26,263 nucleotides of DNA from a virus (taxonomy: Duplodnaviria; Caudoviricetes): positions 1 to 26,263 of IMG/VR virus record IMGVR_UViG_3300007692_000014; one strand, 5' to 3'. The notes below the pieces were generated by a model that did no database searches, was not told where the DNA came from, and saw nothing but the letters and a program-made list of their open reading frames with translations. The position numbers were made by a program, and so were the translations under genes. Below are positions 26,262-26,263 of the stretch, one piece after another. Positions within the stretch are counted from its first letter, which is position 1; the number at the start of each line of letters is the position of its first letter.

Positions 26262-26263
26262 CG

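Noticed and set aside
1-26263. tRNA, rRNA, CRISPR array, integrase, transposase, intron or intein
   Set aside because: None recognised by eye. Intergenic gaps are too short (about 80 nt or less) and are explained by terminators and promoters; covariance-model searches were not run.

Overview
This is a 26-kb segment of a tailed dsDNA phage genome, most likely a podovirus-type phage of a Bacteroidota host with crAss-like gene order. The minus strand carries the morphogenesis module: terminase large subunit (5'-truncated), portal (interrupted by one in-frame TAA), acidic scaffold-like protein, major capsid protein, three conserved structural/connector proteins, a two-gene tail stabilisation (muzzle-like) unit, two probable ejection proteins and a 3306-aa polyvalent protein. 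The plus strand at the left end carries a metallophosphoesterase and a chain of very small, mostly overlapping ORFs. The two arms converge on a bidirectional terminator. Host inference rests on five TAnnTTTG (-7-type) promoter boxes upstream of minus-strand genes and on A-rich, SD-less translation starts. The most notable signals lie in the giant gene. Four cassette-like modules (unknown, GNAT, SAM methyltransferase, LPD23-like peptidase) are each bounded by a recurring KPxGR[K/A]Q linker. A 42-aa basic ORF is nested in its +1 frame, and slippery A-runs occur near its 5' end. All family assignments come from motif recognition by eye; no database search was run.
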